Counted from the stretch's first letter, positions 38,032 through 48,236 are shown. The stretch is 64,000 nucleotides of DNA from an uncultured Solirubrobacterales bacterium (GCA_963796645.1 CAWCMQ010000013.1:20318-84317), one strand, 5' to 3'. Numbers and translations are program-made. Notes: generated by a model not told the origin, from the sequence alone.

Positions 38032-39396
38032 ATGCCTTCTCTGCCTCCCGGTCCCACTGAGCCGCCTGGCCTCCAGACGGCCCGCTGGCTGACACGGCCG
38101 ATCGCGTTTCTGGACTCGTGTCGGGATCGGTTCGGCGACTCGTTCAGCGTGCGATTCGTCGGGTTCCAGACGCCGTTGGTGATGGTGTCGGACTCGGAGG
38201 CGATCCGGGCGCTGTACACCGAGCGTGCGCACGGTCTGCCGCCGGGCCGGTCGTTCGCGCTGCGGCCGGTGATGGGGCCGCGGTCGGTATTGCTACTCGA
38301 GGGCGCCGAACACCTGGCGCGGCGACGCCTGATGCTTCCCCCGTTCCACGGTGAGCGGATGCGCGCGTACGAGGGCACGGTTGGCGAGGTCGCGGAGCGG
38401 GAGGTCGACAGCTGGCCCGTGGGGAAGCCGTTCGCGCTTCACCCGCGGATGCAGGCCGTGACGCTCGAGGTGATCCTGCGCGCGGTGTTCGGCGTCACCG
38501 ACCCGGAGCGGCGCGAGCGTCTGCGCCGGCTGCTGCCGCGCTTGCTCGAGAGCACCTCGTCTCCGAGCAACCAGTTTCGTCTCGTGCTGGCGCGGCGAGT
38601 GGGCCGACCCGGACCGCTGGTGAAACTGCGCGAGCTGACCCGGGACATCGACGATCTGCTGCTGGCGGAGATCGCGGAGCGACGTGCCGATCCGGCGGTG
38701 GGGGACAGGGAGGACATCCTCTCGATGCTCACGGTCGCGCGGTTCGAGGACGGCAGCGCGATGGACGATCAGGAGATCCGCGATCAGCTCGTCACCCTGC
38801 TGCTCGCGGGTCACGAGACGACCGCGACCGCGCTGGCGTGGACGGTTGACCTGCTGTTGCGCTATCCGACGGCGCTCGAGCGTCTCACCGCAGAGATCGA
38901 CGAGGGCGCCGACGACGCGTACCTCCGCGCCGTGATTCAGGAGTCGCTGCGGCTGCGCCCGGTGGTGCCGCTGGCCGGCCGGCGCCTCGCCACCGAGCTC
39001 CGCGTCGACGGGCTCACACTTCCTGTGGGAACCGACGTGACGCCGGCGATCTGGCTGACCCACACGCGCCCCGACCTGTACCCCGAGCCGTTCGCATTCC
39101 GGCCGGAGCGGTTCCTGGGCAACCCGCCCACCACCTACGGCTGGGTTCCATTCGGCGGTGGTGTGCGCCGGTGTCTCGGTGCCTCGTTCGCCGAACTCGA
39201 GATGCGCGTCGTGCTGAGCACGATGCTGAAGGGCCGCGTCCTGCACGCCGCCAGTCGCAACGCCGAGTACGCGACCCGGCGCAACGTGACGCTCTCCCCG
39301 CGCCACGGCACACGGATCTCCGTCTCACTTCGCTCCAAACGGCGCGATCTTGACGAAATCTCAACGCCCGCGGCCGGATTCTTATCGCCGGCTTGA
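38032..39396 (+). CDS. Cytochrome P450 (CYP135/CYP110-like)
   Basis: AGHETT, ESLR, PERF, FGGGVRRCLG heme Cys. Confidence 0.95.
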   Translation: MPSLPPGPTEPPGLQTARWLTRPIAFLDSCRDRFGDSFSVRFVGFQTPLVMVSDSEAIRALYTERAHGLPPGRSFALRPVMGPRSVLLLEGAEHLARRRLMLPPFHGERMRAYEGTVGEVAEREVDSWPVGKPFALHPRMQAVTLEVILRAVFGVTDPERRERLRRLLPRLLESTSSPSNQFRLVLARRVGRPGPLVKLRELTRDIDDLLLAEIAERRADPAVGDREDILSMLTVARFEDGSAMDDQEIRDQLVTLLLAGHETTATALAWTVDLLLRYPTALERLTAEIDEGADDAYLRAVIQESLRLRPVVPLAGRRLATELRVDGLTLPVGTDVTPAIWLTHTRPDLYPEPFAFRPERFLGNPPTTYGWVPFGGGVRRCLGASFAELEMRVVLSTMLKGRVLHAASRNAEYATRRNVTLSPRHGTRISVSLRSKRRDLDEISTPAAGFLSPA

Positions 39397-39420
39397 CGCG
39401 CGGTCACCGACCATGGTGGT

Positions 39421-39936
39421 GTGCCGCTTTCCGCCACCCACCGGCCTCAGACAGCACCTCTCCAAACCCGGCGCGTCCGCCGGCGCCAAGCACCGTGGAC
39501 CTGGACCGCCTCGCGGTTCGAACACGCCCTGCTCCACCTCAACGCGGCCCTGCGCAGTGTCACGCTCGACCGCGAGCTCGCGGCGGGCGTCGACCCGGAG
39601 ACGAACGCGGCCCTCGCGGTCAGGGCCCGCCGGCTGACCGGTCCTCGCGGCCGTAAGCTCGTCGTCGACGGGTTGGCCGGAGCGCTCAGCCGGGCGAGCG
39701 ACGGCACCCCGGGCTTCACAGCGGCGGTGCGGCCACAGGCGCGCGAGCTGCGCGAGTCGAGCGCGGTCCTGTCCGCGCTCGAGGCCCGTCTGAGAGCGTC
39801 CGAGCCCGTCACCGCGCGTGGCGTGGCGCTCCTCAGGGTCCTGTTGACCGACGCCGCGAGTCCGCTCTATCAACCAAGCGCTCCGGGCGAGCTCGCGAGC
39901 CGGCTCCGTGCCGCCGCGGCGGCGCTCGAGCCGTGA
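39421..39936 (+). CDS. Conserved-type actinobacterial hypothetical protein
   Basis: LDRELAAG...RARRL...GVALLRVLLTDAASPLY. GTGA overlap with kup. Confidence 0.65.
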   Translation: MPLSATHRPQTAPLQTRRVRRRQAPWTWTASRFEHALLHLNAALRSVTLDRELAAGVDPETNAALAVRARRLTGPRGRKLVVDGLAGALSRASDGTPGFTAAVRPQARELRESSAVLSALEARLRASEPVTARGVALLRVLLTDAASPLYQPSAPGELASRLRAAAAALEP

Positions 39937-42020
39937 GCCGCTCGGTACGCAAACGGCCTGCCGCTGAGGCCCCGCCCAAGGTCAGCGTTCCCACCAAGCG
40001 CACCCTGAACGAGGGGGCGCACAAGCTCGGGTATTGGCGGCCGGCTTCCTCGGATACCAGGGAACAGGATTCGGACGGTGCTCGCAGGCGCTTCGCGGCG
40101 CTTGCCGACTCCGATCGCGACGTCGTCGCCCATGCCGGCAAGGCCGTATTGGCGCTGGGCGCGCTCGGCGTCGTCTACGGGGACATCGGCACGAGCCCGC
40201 TGTACACCGAGCAGGTGATCTTCGGCTCCTACCGGGCCACGGCGCATGTGACGCCGGCCACCGTCTACGGCATCGCCTCGCTGATCTTCTGGGCCCTCAT
40301 GATCGTCGTCTCGATCAAGTACGCGGGCTTCATCATGCGCGCGCACAACCGGGGCGACGGCGGGATCATGGCGTTGACGGCGCTGCTCCAGCGTCACAAG
40401 GTGAGTCGCGGCGCGCTGCTGGTCACGCTCGGGATCTTCGGGGCGGCGCTGTTCTTCGGCGATGGCGTCATCACCCCGGCGATCTCGGTCCTCGGGTCGA
40501 TCCAGGGGGTCAATGTCGCGACGCCCGCGCTGGCGCACGTCGTCGTGCCGGTGTCGGTGGTGATCCTGATCGGGTTGTTCGTGCTGCAGCGGTTCGGTTC
40601 CGGGGCGATCGGCAAGCTGTTCGGTCCGGTGATCCTGATCTGGTTCACCGTAATCGGCCTGCTCGGCCTCAGCGAGGTGCTCAAGGACCCGGCCGTGCTC
40701 CAGGGACTTTCGCCCAGCTGGGGTGTGCGCTTCATGGTCGATCACGGGGCCGCCGGCTACCTGGTGCTCGGCGGTGTGGTGCTGGCCGTCACCGGGGCCG
40801 AGGCCCTGTATGCCGATCGGGGCCACTTTGGGGCTGGGGCGATTCGACTCGGGTGGTTTGGCCTCGCACTCCCGGCGCTGATGCTCAACTACCTCGGCCA
40901 GGGAGCGTTCATCCTCCACCATGCGGCCCTGACCAAGGATCCGAGCACCTTCAATCCCTTCTACCAGATGGCGCCGCGCTGGATGCTGTGGCCGCTGGTG
41001 GTGCTGGCCGCGGTCGCGACGGTGATCGCCTCGCAGGCGGCGATCTCGGGCTCGTTCTCGGTGGCCAAGCAGGCGGTGCAGCTCGGCTTTCTCCCCCGGC
41101 TCAACGTGCGTCACACCTCCAAGATGGAGGGTCAGATCTACGTGCCGGTGGTCAACTGGGCGCTGTGCGTCGGCGTGGTCACGCTGACCCTCGTGTTCCG
41201 CTCCGCGGACAAGCTGGGAGACATCTACGGCGTCGCCGTGACCGGGACCTTCATTCTCAACACGCTCCTGTTCCTGGCCGTGGCTCGATTCCTATGGGGC
41301 ACATCCAAGGCGAGGCTGGTGCCCGTGGCCGTGCTGTTCCTGACCGTGGAGGTTGCGTTCTTCAGCGCCAACATCGCCAAGGTCGAGCACGGGGCGTGGC
41401 TGCCGCTCGTGATCGGGCTCGTGCTCTCGATCGTGATGATCAACTGGCGCCGCGGTCAGGTGATCGTCACGCGCAACCGTGTCGCGCAGGAGGGTCCGCT
41501 GAACGAGTTTCTACGCGGGCTCGCGGCCAAGGAGCCGGCACTGGTGCGGGTGCCGGGCGTCGCGGTGTTCCTCTGCCGCGACAACGACACCACGCCGCTG
41601 GCGCTGCGTGCGGATGTCGAGCACACGCACTCGCTGCACGAGAAGGTGATCATCGTCTCGGTCGACACCGTCAGCATCCCGCACGTCGACGGGCCCGACC
41701 GATTCGCGGTCGAGGTGCTGGGGCAGGGACTGTTCAAGGTGATTCACCTGACCGCGCGCGTCGGCTATCAGGACAAGCTCAACGTGCCCGAGTCGCTGGT
41801 GCTGGCGCGCAAGCGCGGCCTGCTCCAGCGGAACCTGGACCTCGAGCACGCCTCGTACTTCGTCTCGCGAATCGCGATCACGGCCACCGACGCCCCGGGG
41901 ATGCAGCGCTGGCGCAAGAACATGTTCATTGCGATGGCTCGCAACGCGTCGAGCCCAATCGAGCACTTCAACCTGCCGGGCGACCGCACCGTGGTGATGG
42001 GCTCTCAGGTCGCGCTGTGA
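39933..42020 (+). CDS. kup: KUP/HAK/KT potassium transporter
   Basis: LGVVYGDIGTSPLY, GDGGIMAL, GDGVITPAISVL, GAEALYADRGHF, GQIYVP, YGVAVTGT. Confidence 0.96.
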   Translation: MSRSVRKRPAAEAPPKVSVPTKRTLNEGAHKLGYWRPASSDTREQDSDGARRRFAALADSDRDVVAHAGKAVLALGALGVVYGDIGTSPLYTEQVIFGSYRATAHVTPATVYGIASLIFWALMIVVSIKYAGFIMRAHNRGDGGIMALTALLQRHKVSRGALLVTLGIFGAALFFGDGVITPAISVLGSIQGVNVATPALAHVVVPVSVVILIGLFVLQRFGSGAIGKLFGPVILIWFTVIGLLGLSEVLKDPAVLQGLSPSWGVRFMVDHGAAGYLVLGGVVLAVTGAEALYADRGHFGAGAIRLGWFGLALPALMLNYLGQGAFILHHAALTKDPSTFNPFYQMAPRWMLWPLVVLAAVATVIASQAAISGSFSVAKQAVQLGFLPRLNVRHTSKMEGQIYVPVVNWALCVGVVTLTLVFRSADKLGDIYGVAVTGTFILNTLLFLAVARFLWGTSKARLVPVAVLFLTVEVAFFSANIAKVEHGAWLPLVIGLVLSIVMINWRRGQVIVTRNRVAQEGPLNEFLRGLAAKEPALVRVPGVAVFLCRDNDTTPLALRADVEHTHSLHEKVIIVSVDTVSIPHVDGPDRFAVEVLGQGLFKVIHLTARVGYQDKLNVPESLVLARKRGLLQRNLDLEHASYFVSRIAITATDAPGMQRWRKNMFIAMARNASSPIEHFNLPGDRTVVMGSQVAL

Positions 42021-42315
42021 GCAGCGCGCCGCCGAGAAACCCAGCTAGTGCGTATCCGGTTGGCTCGGGTTGGCGATGGGCGCGTGACTGGGTGGCGGGC
42101 CGGCGAGCGCGCCCGCGGCCCGGGCAGGCGCCCGGATAACGCCACTCTCGGTTCGCGCCCGGGGGCGAGAGTGACGTTGGCGCTGCTGGTGGGGGTCATC
42201 GTCACCTTCGCGCGCGCCGCCGCGCCGAGTGTGACGTTTCCCGAGGCCGAGAGCCGAGAGCCGGGGGAGCGGGAGCCGGGTCGGCGGCGAGCGGGAACGG
42301 GCGCCGGGGCGGGCA

Positions 42316-42659
42316 TAACCTCGAAAACTCCGCTGCGGCCCGCGAGCATTCGAGGTTAAGTCTGCCCATCAGACCTAACCCGCCATCCCCTCCGCGCCAG
42401 GTCCGAGTCGCGGCGCCGACGCCGGCCGAGCGGATTTGATGCTTTTCTCCCCACGCTCGGCGCGTCAACACGCGAGCACACACGACCAGATACAGACTGC
42501 TCACCGAGCTCGTGAACAGCGGCGAATCCCACGAGCACCAGAAAATTCGGGCGACCGACGAGGCGCGACGATCGGGTCACAAGATGCAGGCACCGGACCG
42601 CGCGATCAGCCCCGGGCCAACACCACCCACCCCAGGTGCTAGCTCGTATTTCGAGGTTA
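42316..42659. repeat. Three copies of 10-mer TAACCTCGAA (one inverted pair + one distal copy)
   Basis: TAACCTCGAA 42316-42325 (+), TTCGAGGTTA 42349-42358 and TTCGAGGTTA 42650-42659. Confidence 0.7.
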
Positions 42660-42765
42660 CTCCCGCCTTCCCGCCGTCGCACCGGACTACAAACCCGGCG
42701 TGCCATGCACCCCAACCTGAGCCAACCGGACACGCACTACCCAGCTACTCGAACCACTGCCCGCC

Positions 42766-43254
42766 CTACCGCGTCCGTCCCTCGCGCCGTTCCCGTGCCG
42801 CGGCGAACAGCTCCGCGGTCTCCGGTTCCATGTAGTAATCGGTGCCGCCGTCAGCCCGGCCCTCGGTGGAGATCGGAAGCACCCGGTTGAGGTGACGTGA
42901 GTACCGACCGGGCCAGGCGAGGATGCCGGCGACGCCGTGGGCGCCCTTGTCCAGGCCGAGCCGCTTGGCGAGCTGCTCTCCCGCGACCCGCTCACCTCCG
43001 GCGTCGATCAAGAGGTCGAACAGCTCGCGTGCGGGCGGCGCGAGTTTGCGATAAAGCCAGGCGGCCTGGTCGGCGTCCTGCGCCGACCAGGCGATCGCCT
43101 CTGCGCGGTGCCGCAGCCCGCGTGGGCCGCGGCGTCCGCGTCCCCCCGATGGGGGTGGAGTCCCAGGTTCGGCCGTGAGGAATGCCGCGAACCAGGAGTA
43201 GAACTCCGGCACGCGCTCCTCGGGGACCGCGACTGTGATCTCCTTGTCGGCCAT
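42766..43254 (-). CDS. DUF6416-like putative helix-turn-helix protein
   Basis: LYRKLAPPARELFDLLID...GEQLAKRLGL..GAHGVAGILAWPGRY...YYMEPETAELF. The family label is from recall. Confidence 0.65.
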   Translation of the reverse strand: MADKEITVAVPEERVPEFYSWFAAFLTAEPGTPPPSGGRGRRGPRGLRHRAEAIAWSAQDADQAAWLYRKLAPPARELFDLLIDAGGERVAGEQLAKRLGLDKGAHGVAGILAWPGRYSRHLNRVLPISTEGRADGGTDYYMEPETAELFAAARERREGRTR

Positions 43255-43493
43255 CAGAGCTCAGTGGCTGCGGTGGCCTGCTCCTGCGTCTGCTCGGCGG
43301 TCTCCTCGCGCCGGCCACAGCCGCGCCCGTGGGCACGATGGTGGTGGCTTCCGGGCCGTCCTCTGCGGCCGCGACCGGGTCGGCCGGCCAGAAATCGACC
43401 AAAGAACGCGTGGAATTCCGCGATCCGGTCCTCCGGCACATCGACCGTGACCTGCTGGTACTTCGTTGTGGTGGATTCTGAAGAGGTATCCAT
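43254..43493 (-). CDS. 79-aa hypothetical protein sharing an N-terminal module with the downstream gene
   Basis: AGGAG RBS, ATG 43493, TGATG overlap with the next gene. Confidence 0.7.
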   Translation of the reverse strand: MDTSSESTTTKYQQVTVDVPEDRIAEFHAFFGRFLAGRPGRGRRGRPGSHHHRAHGRGCGRREETAEQTQEQATAATEL

Positions 43494-43509
43494 CAAATAC
43501 TCCTTAGTT

Positions 43510-43550
43510 TGCTTACGCGAGCAAGCATAGCAGAAGTAAATACTTAAGTA
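43510..43550. promoter_or_regulatory. AT-rich operator-like segment: TGCTT-N8-AAGCA and palindrome TACTTAAGTA
   Basis: Inverted repeat at 43510-43514/43523-43527 and a perfect 10-bp palindrome at 43541-43550, directly upstream of the 43493 start. Confidence 0.5.
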
Positions 43551-43552
43551 AA

Positions 43553-43667
43553 GGGGAGGCCGCCGGGGCGACCGCACGGGGAGGCCGCCGGGGCGACCGC
43601 AAGGGGAGATCGCCGGGGCGATGGCGGAGATCGCCGGGGTGACCGCGGAGTCCGCCGGGGCGACCGC
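43553..43667 (+). repeat. Five imperfect GC-rich tandem repeats (25, 25, 23, 21, 21 nt)
   Basis: Core GGAGNYCGCCGGGGYGAYSGC repeated five times with no unique spacers. Confidence 0.85.
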
Positions 43668-43695
43668 GAGCGGTCTGCGCGACAATGTCGACGCG

Positions 43696-45075
43696 ATGGG
43701 GGCCCGAAGTCCGATCGGAGGTTGCTGGCGGCTGGTGATCGCCGCTGCCGTAATGCTCGCGACCTTGGCGTCGCAGGCGTCCGCGGCGACCGGCATCCAC
43801 AAGATCCGCCACGTGATCATCATCATGCAGGAGAACCGGTCGTTCGACGACTACTTCGGCACCTTCCCCGGAGCGGACGGGATCCCCATGCGGCACGGCC
43901 GGCCGACGATCTGCATGCCGGCGCCGGCGCTGGGTCACTGCGTACGACCGTCGCACGATCCGCACGACGAGGACCACGACGTGTGGCACGACGCCTGGTC
44001 GTTCCTGGACGACTTCGACCACGGGCGCATGGACGGGTTCGGCCGCGTCGCCTCGATCTGCCCGATCCACGGAGGCGGGCTGGGCTGCGAACCCCTGATC
44101 GTGAAGGAGGCGATGGGCTACCACGATCGACGGGAGCTCCCCAACTACTGGGCCTACGCGCGCCGGTTCGTGCTCCAGGATCACCTGTTCGAGCCGATCG
44201 CGAGCTGGAGCCTCCCGGCTCACCTGTGGATGGTGTCCGAATGGTCGGCACGGTGCCTGCAGCCCACCAACCCCTTCAGCTGCAAAAGGGATATCACCGC
44301 GCCTCAGAACCCGCCGGACTATGGCGCCGCGCCGCACGTCGCTCCCAACTACGCGTGGACCGACCTCACGTATCTGCTGCACCGGCATCACGTGAGCTGG
44401 GGCTATTACGTCTCGAAGGGGCCCGAGCCTGACTGCGAGAGCGGCGGCGTCACCTGTGTCTACAAGCCCCAGTCACCGAGCACGCCCGGGATCTGGAACC
44501 CGCTCCCGTACTTCGCCACCGTGCACCAGGACCACCAGCTCGGCAACATCCGCGGTATCAACGCGTTCTACCACGCCGCCAAGCACGGACATCTGCCGGC
44601 CGTGTCCTGGGTCGTTCCGAGCGCCCGAGTCAGCGAACATGCACCAGCAAGGCTCAGCACCGGGCAGGCGTACGTCACGAGTCTGATCAACGCCGTGGCG
44701 CACAGTCGCAACTGGAAGCACACGGCGATCTTCCTCGCCTGGGACGACTGGGGCGGCTTCTACGACCACGTCGCTCCACCGCGACTCGACGGCATGCGTC
44801 TCGGCTTCCGCGTGCCTGGTTTGGTCATCAGCCCGTACGCGCGACGCCATTACATCGACCATCATCAGCTGACCTTCGACGCCTACGTCAAGTTCATCGA
44901 GGACGACTTCCTCGGCGGCCAGCGACTTGACCCGCAGACGGACGGCCGCCCCGACCCACGTCACCACGTCCGCGAGGACAACCCCGGCATCGGCGACCTC
45001 CTACGGGACTTCAACTTCAGGCAGCGTCCGCGGCGGCCGTTGTTGCTGTCGGCGGATGTGCGGGTGCGGGGTTGA
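43696..45075 (+). CDS. Secreted phosphoesterase (phospholipase C / AcpA-like, alkaline phosphatase superfamily)
   Basis: Signal peptide. [49 protein letters not shown]. Confidence 0.92.
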   Translation: MGARSPIGGCWRLVIAAAVMLATLASQASAATGIHKIRHVIIIMQENRSFDDYFGTFPGADGIPMRHGRPTICMPAPALGHCVRPSHDPHDEDHDVWHDAWSFLDDFDHGRMDGFGRVASICPIHGGGLGCEPLIVKEAMGYHDRRELPNYWAYARRFVLQDHLFEPIASWSLPAHLWMVSEWSARCLQPTNPFSCKRDITAPQNPPDYGAAPHVAPNYAWTDLTYLLHRHHVSWGYYVSKGPEPDCESGGVTCVYKPQSPSTPGIWNPLPYFATVHQDHQLGNIRGINAFYHAAKHGHLPAVSWVVPSARVSEHAPARLSTGQAYVTSLINAVAHSRNWKHTAIFLAWDDWGGFYDHVAPPRLDGMRLGFRVPGLVISPYARRHYIDHHQLTFDAYVKFIEDDFLGGQRLDPQTDGRPDPRHHVREDNPGIGDLLRDFNFRQRPRRPLLLSADVRVRG

Positions 45076-45132
45076 GCCCGGCCCGTACGCCGGTCCCTGC
45101 GCGACCGCTGCTGCAGTCGCGATACTGAGCGC

Positions 45133-46602
45133 ATGCAGATCCCTCCGCCGACGTCCTACGCCGAGCGGGATGGGACGAGCATCGCGTTTCAAGCATTTGG
45201 TGAGGGGCCTGATGTGGTGATGCTGCCTGCGGCGCCATCGCACCTGGACCTGATGTGGATCGATCCGGGCTATACGAAGGTGCTCCGGCGGCTGGCGGGC
45301 TTCGCGCGGATGGTGGTTTTCGACGCGCGAGGGGTGGGGCTGTCGGATCCGCTGGCCCACGTGCCGACAGTCGAAGAGGGCGCGGATGACCTCGAGACCG
45401 TGATGGACACTGCGCGCGTCGAACGTGCGGTGCTGTTTGCGTTCGGCTCCGGCTACCCGTCCGCCGCGATGTTTGCCGCCCGGGCGCCTGAGCGCGTTGC
45501 CGGCCTGGTCCTCGGCATGCCGTGGGCGGTGGGGCTGTCGAAGGTGGAGGACCCCACGGCGATAGTCGGTTTCGACGAGCGCATGCGCCAGGCGATGGCA
45601 GCGTGGCAGGACGCGATCGAGAACCACTGGGGCGAGGGGCGAACGATCGAGGTGGTCGCACCCTCGATCGCGACCGAGCGCGTCAAGCGAAACTGGGGCA
45701 TGCTCGAGCGGGCGGCGGCATCACCCGCGATGATCCGTGCGGTCACCCAAGCGTCCCTGGAGATCGATCTCCGCGGCGTGCTGACGGCGATCCAGGCGCC
45801 CACGATCGTCGTGGCGAGAAAGGGCAGCTACCAGCCGCGGGCGATCCCCGAGCACGTAGCCGAGCTGGTCCCCGGCGCTGAGTTTGACTGGCATCCGGAG
45901 GCGATCGCCGGAGACGGTGTCGAGGGTTATATGACTCCATTCATCGACGCCGTCGAGCGTATGGCGACCGGTGGCCGCATCAGGCAGCGGACGAACCGCA
46001 TCCTTGCCACCGTGCTCTTCACCGACATCGTCGGCTCGACCGAGCTGGCGACCCGGATGGGCGATGTGGACTGGCGGGATCTATTGGCGCGCCACGAGTC
46101 GCTCCTGCGTCAGCACGTCGCCGACGCGGGCGGACGCGTCGTGGATCTGGTGGGGGACGGCTCGCTCACGGTATTTGACGGTCCTGCGCGCGCGATTGAC
46201 TGCGCGCGCGAGCTCTCCACGGCAGTGCGGGGGCTCGGCATCGAAATCCGCGCCGGCGTACACACGGGTGAGTGCGAGCTAACGGGCGACAAGCTCGCTG
46301 GGCTGACCGTCCACATCGGGGCACGGGTGGGTGCTCTCGCCGGCCCGGGGCAGGTGCTCGTCTCGCGAACTGTCAAGGACCTCGTGGTGGGCTCAGGCCT
46401 CGAGTTTGAGTCCCGCGGCATCGAGGAGCTCAAGGGCGTACCTGGGACCTGGGAGCTTTTCGCGCTGGCCGACGGCGCGACACCGAGCATCCCCGTTACC
46501 CAGGAGGCGCGCTCCGTGCGGGCAAGCGACCGGATCGTTCTTGCCGCGGCCCGCCGGGCACCCGGATTGCTCCGGATGGCGGGCCGCCTGACCCGCGACT
46601 AG
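45133..46602 (+). CDS. Alpha/beta-hydrolase-fold + class III adenylate/guanylate cyclase (LipJ/Rv1900c-like)
   Basis: N-terminal SHLDLMW, FDARGVGLSD. C-terminal LFTDIVGST, GDG, RAGVHTGE, VHIGARV, ELKGVPG. Confidence 0.92.
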   Translation: MQIPPPTSYAERDGTSIAFQAFGEGPDVVMLPAAPSHLDLMWIDPGYTKVLRRLAGFARMVVFDARGVGLSDPLAHVPTVEEGADDLETVMDTARVERAVLFAFGSGYPSAAMFAARAPERVAGLVLGMPWAVGLSKVEDPTAIVGFDERMRQAMAAWQDAIENHWGEGRTIEVVAPSIATERVKRNWGMLERAAASPAMIRAVTQASLEIDLRGVLTAIQAPTIVVARKGSYQPRAIPEHVAELVPGAEFDWHPEAIAGDGVEGYMTPFIDAVERMATGGRIRQRTNRILATVLFTDIVGSTELATRMGDVDWRDLLARHESLLRQHVADAGGRVVDLVGDGSLTVFDGPARAIDCARELSTAVRGLGIEIRAGVHTGECELTGDKLAGLTVHIGARVGALAGPGQVLVSRTVKDLVVGSGLEFESRGIEELKGVPGTWELFALADGATPSIPVTQEARSVRASDRIVLAAARRAPGLLRMAGRLTRD

Positions 46603-46658
46603 GCGGATCGGTGTCAGCGACGTCCGTTAGGCTTGGCTCCAATCGGAGATAGGAGACG

Positions 46659-48236
46659 GTGATGGGGGCAGGGGCATCGAGGCGTTTGGTCCGCACGCGT
46701 GCATTGCGGCTTGGGCTGGCCGGTCTGGCCATCGCCCTCGTGTTCGCCGCGCTCGCGCCGGACTCCCGAGCCGCGGCAGGAACAGGGCCTGACGCGGTCG
46801 TGCTCGTGTCGGGCATCACCACGACGACTCCGTTCACGTCTCCGGGCGCGGCGTGCACGGGCACCTATCCGCGCGGCTTTAGTTGGACCGACTACGGCGC
46901 CCAGTTCGCCGCGGCCGGCTACAGGGTGTACACGGCGCCGGTCAACTATGGCGCGGGCCCGGTCCGGCCCGATCCGCCGGACTTCTCGGGGTGCCCCTCC
47001 CAGCTGCCGGCGAGCATGACGATCAACTCGCGCGGGGACATCTACGCCAATGCGCGGGCGCTGGCGTCGTTCATCGGTTATCTGCACTCACATTTTGCAG
47101 TGAACACGGTGCGGTTCGTCGCCCACTCCTACGGTGGGTTGTGGACGCGCGGGGCGATGCGGCTCGCGTCGAGCGCCTTCCCGGCCGTGCACGTGCAATC
47201 GATCACCACGCTCGGCACGCCGCACCTTGGCAGCTTCATGGCCGACATCGGCGAAGGCGTCGATCCATCGTTGTGCGGGACGGATCTCGCCTGCAAGGCG
47301 ATCGCCTACCTTCTGATCGCCTTCCGGGAGTCGTATTACGAACCGGCCATGAGCCAGGCCACCGCTCCGGCGGTCGCGCAGTGGAACCCCGGTCAGGGAA
47401 CTTCTCTGAACGGCATTCCGGTTACGGCGATCGGGGGCGACGCGATCTCACTCCCAGGCCAGACGAGCCCCTACGTCTCGCCGAACGACCTCCTGATTGG
47501 AATCCAGAGTGCACAGGCCGTCGGGCTTCAAGGGAACGGCGTGATCCCCGAACTCTCCTGCTTCCCGGCATTTCCCGTCGTGCACAGCAACACATTCCTG
47601 CCCTATGTCCCGAGCGTCAAGTACAGCCTGTTGAGCGATCCGCAAATCGCCACCGACGTCGAGCAGACACTCGCCGGCGAGCTGCCGACGAGCGGCTGCC
47701 CGAACCCCGCCTTCCCGCCGATGCTCACAGGCGGGCGACCGTTCGTCAGAGGCGTGACCAGAAGCCAGATCACGGTGCCGCTCCGAACCGCCGGCCCGCC
47801 GACCGGTGCGCTTACCGCCAGAGCAGCGAGTGAGAGCGCAATCATCATCCGCAGCGGAACTCAGGTCACCTGCGACGGGCGGAAGCTCGCGTCGATCCCG
47901 TTCATGAACTCGGCTCGGATACGGGTGATCCTGCAGCCGAGGTGCAGCCGCTCCCTGCACGCCACGCAGAACCACAGGATGCTGTTCCTAACCGACGCTC
48001 CGGGCTCGGCCTCGTTCCGAGTCAAGGGCAGACGTATCTACGTCCGCGTCCGGGGGCAGCTCAGCCACCGCAGGCTGGCTGTGGCGATCAAGCGCGGAAA
48101 ACGCTTCGCTGCGGTGCGGCTCGACCGTCAGCACTCGCTGCACATCAGGGGCGCGGTCCAGACCGTGACCCTGCGCGTCGTGCTGACTCAGGGCAGGTCT
48201 CGACCGGCCGTGGCGATCGCGACGATCCACCTGTGA
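46659..48236 (+). CDS. Secreted lipase/esterase-like alpha/beta hydrolase with C-terminal extension
   Basis: Signal peptide. VLVSG, AHSYGG nucleophile elbow, TLGTPHLG, NDLLI. Confidence 0.75.
   Translation: MMGAGASRRLVRTRALRLGLAGLAIALVFAALAPDSRAAAGTGPDAVVLVSGITTTTPFTSPGAACTGTYPRGFSWTDYGAQFAAAGYRVYTAPVNYGAGPVRPDPPDFSGCPSQLPASMTINSRGDIYANARALASFIGYLHSHFAVNTVRFVAHSYGGLWTRGAMRLASSAFPAVHVQSITTLGTPHLGSFMADIGEGVDPSLCGTDLACKAIAYLLIAFRESYYEPAMSQATAPAVAQWNPGQGTSLNGIPVTAIGGDAISLPGQTSPYVSPNDLLIGIQSAQAVGLQGNGVIPELSCFPAFPVVHSNTFLPYVPSVKYSLLSDPQIATDVEQTLAGELPTSGCPNPAFPPMLTGGRPFVRGVTRSQITVPLRTAGPPTGALTARAASESAIIIRSGTQVTCDGRKLASIPFMNSARIRVILQPRCSRSLHATQNHRMLFLTDAPGSASFRVKGRRIYVRVRGQLSHRRLAVAIKRGKRFAAVRLDRQHSLHIRGAVQTVTLRVVLTQGRSRPAVAIATIHL

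Noticed and set aside
43553-43667. Repeat array as a CRISPR
   Set aside because: The units are directly tandem with no unique spacers, they vary in length, and no cas genes are present.
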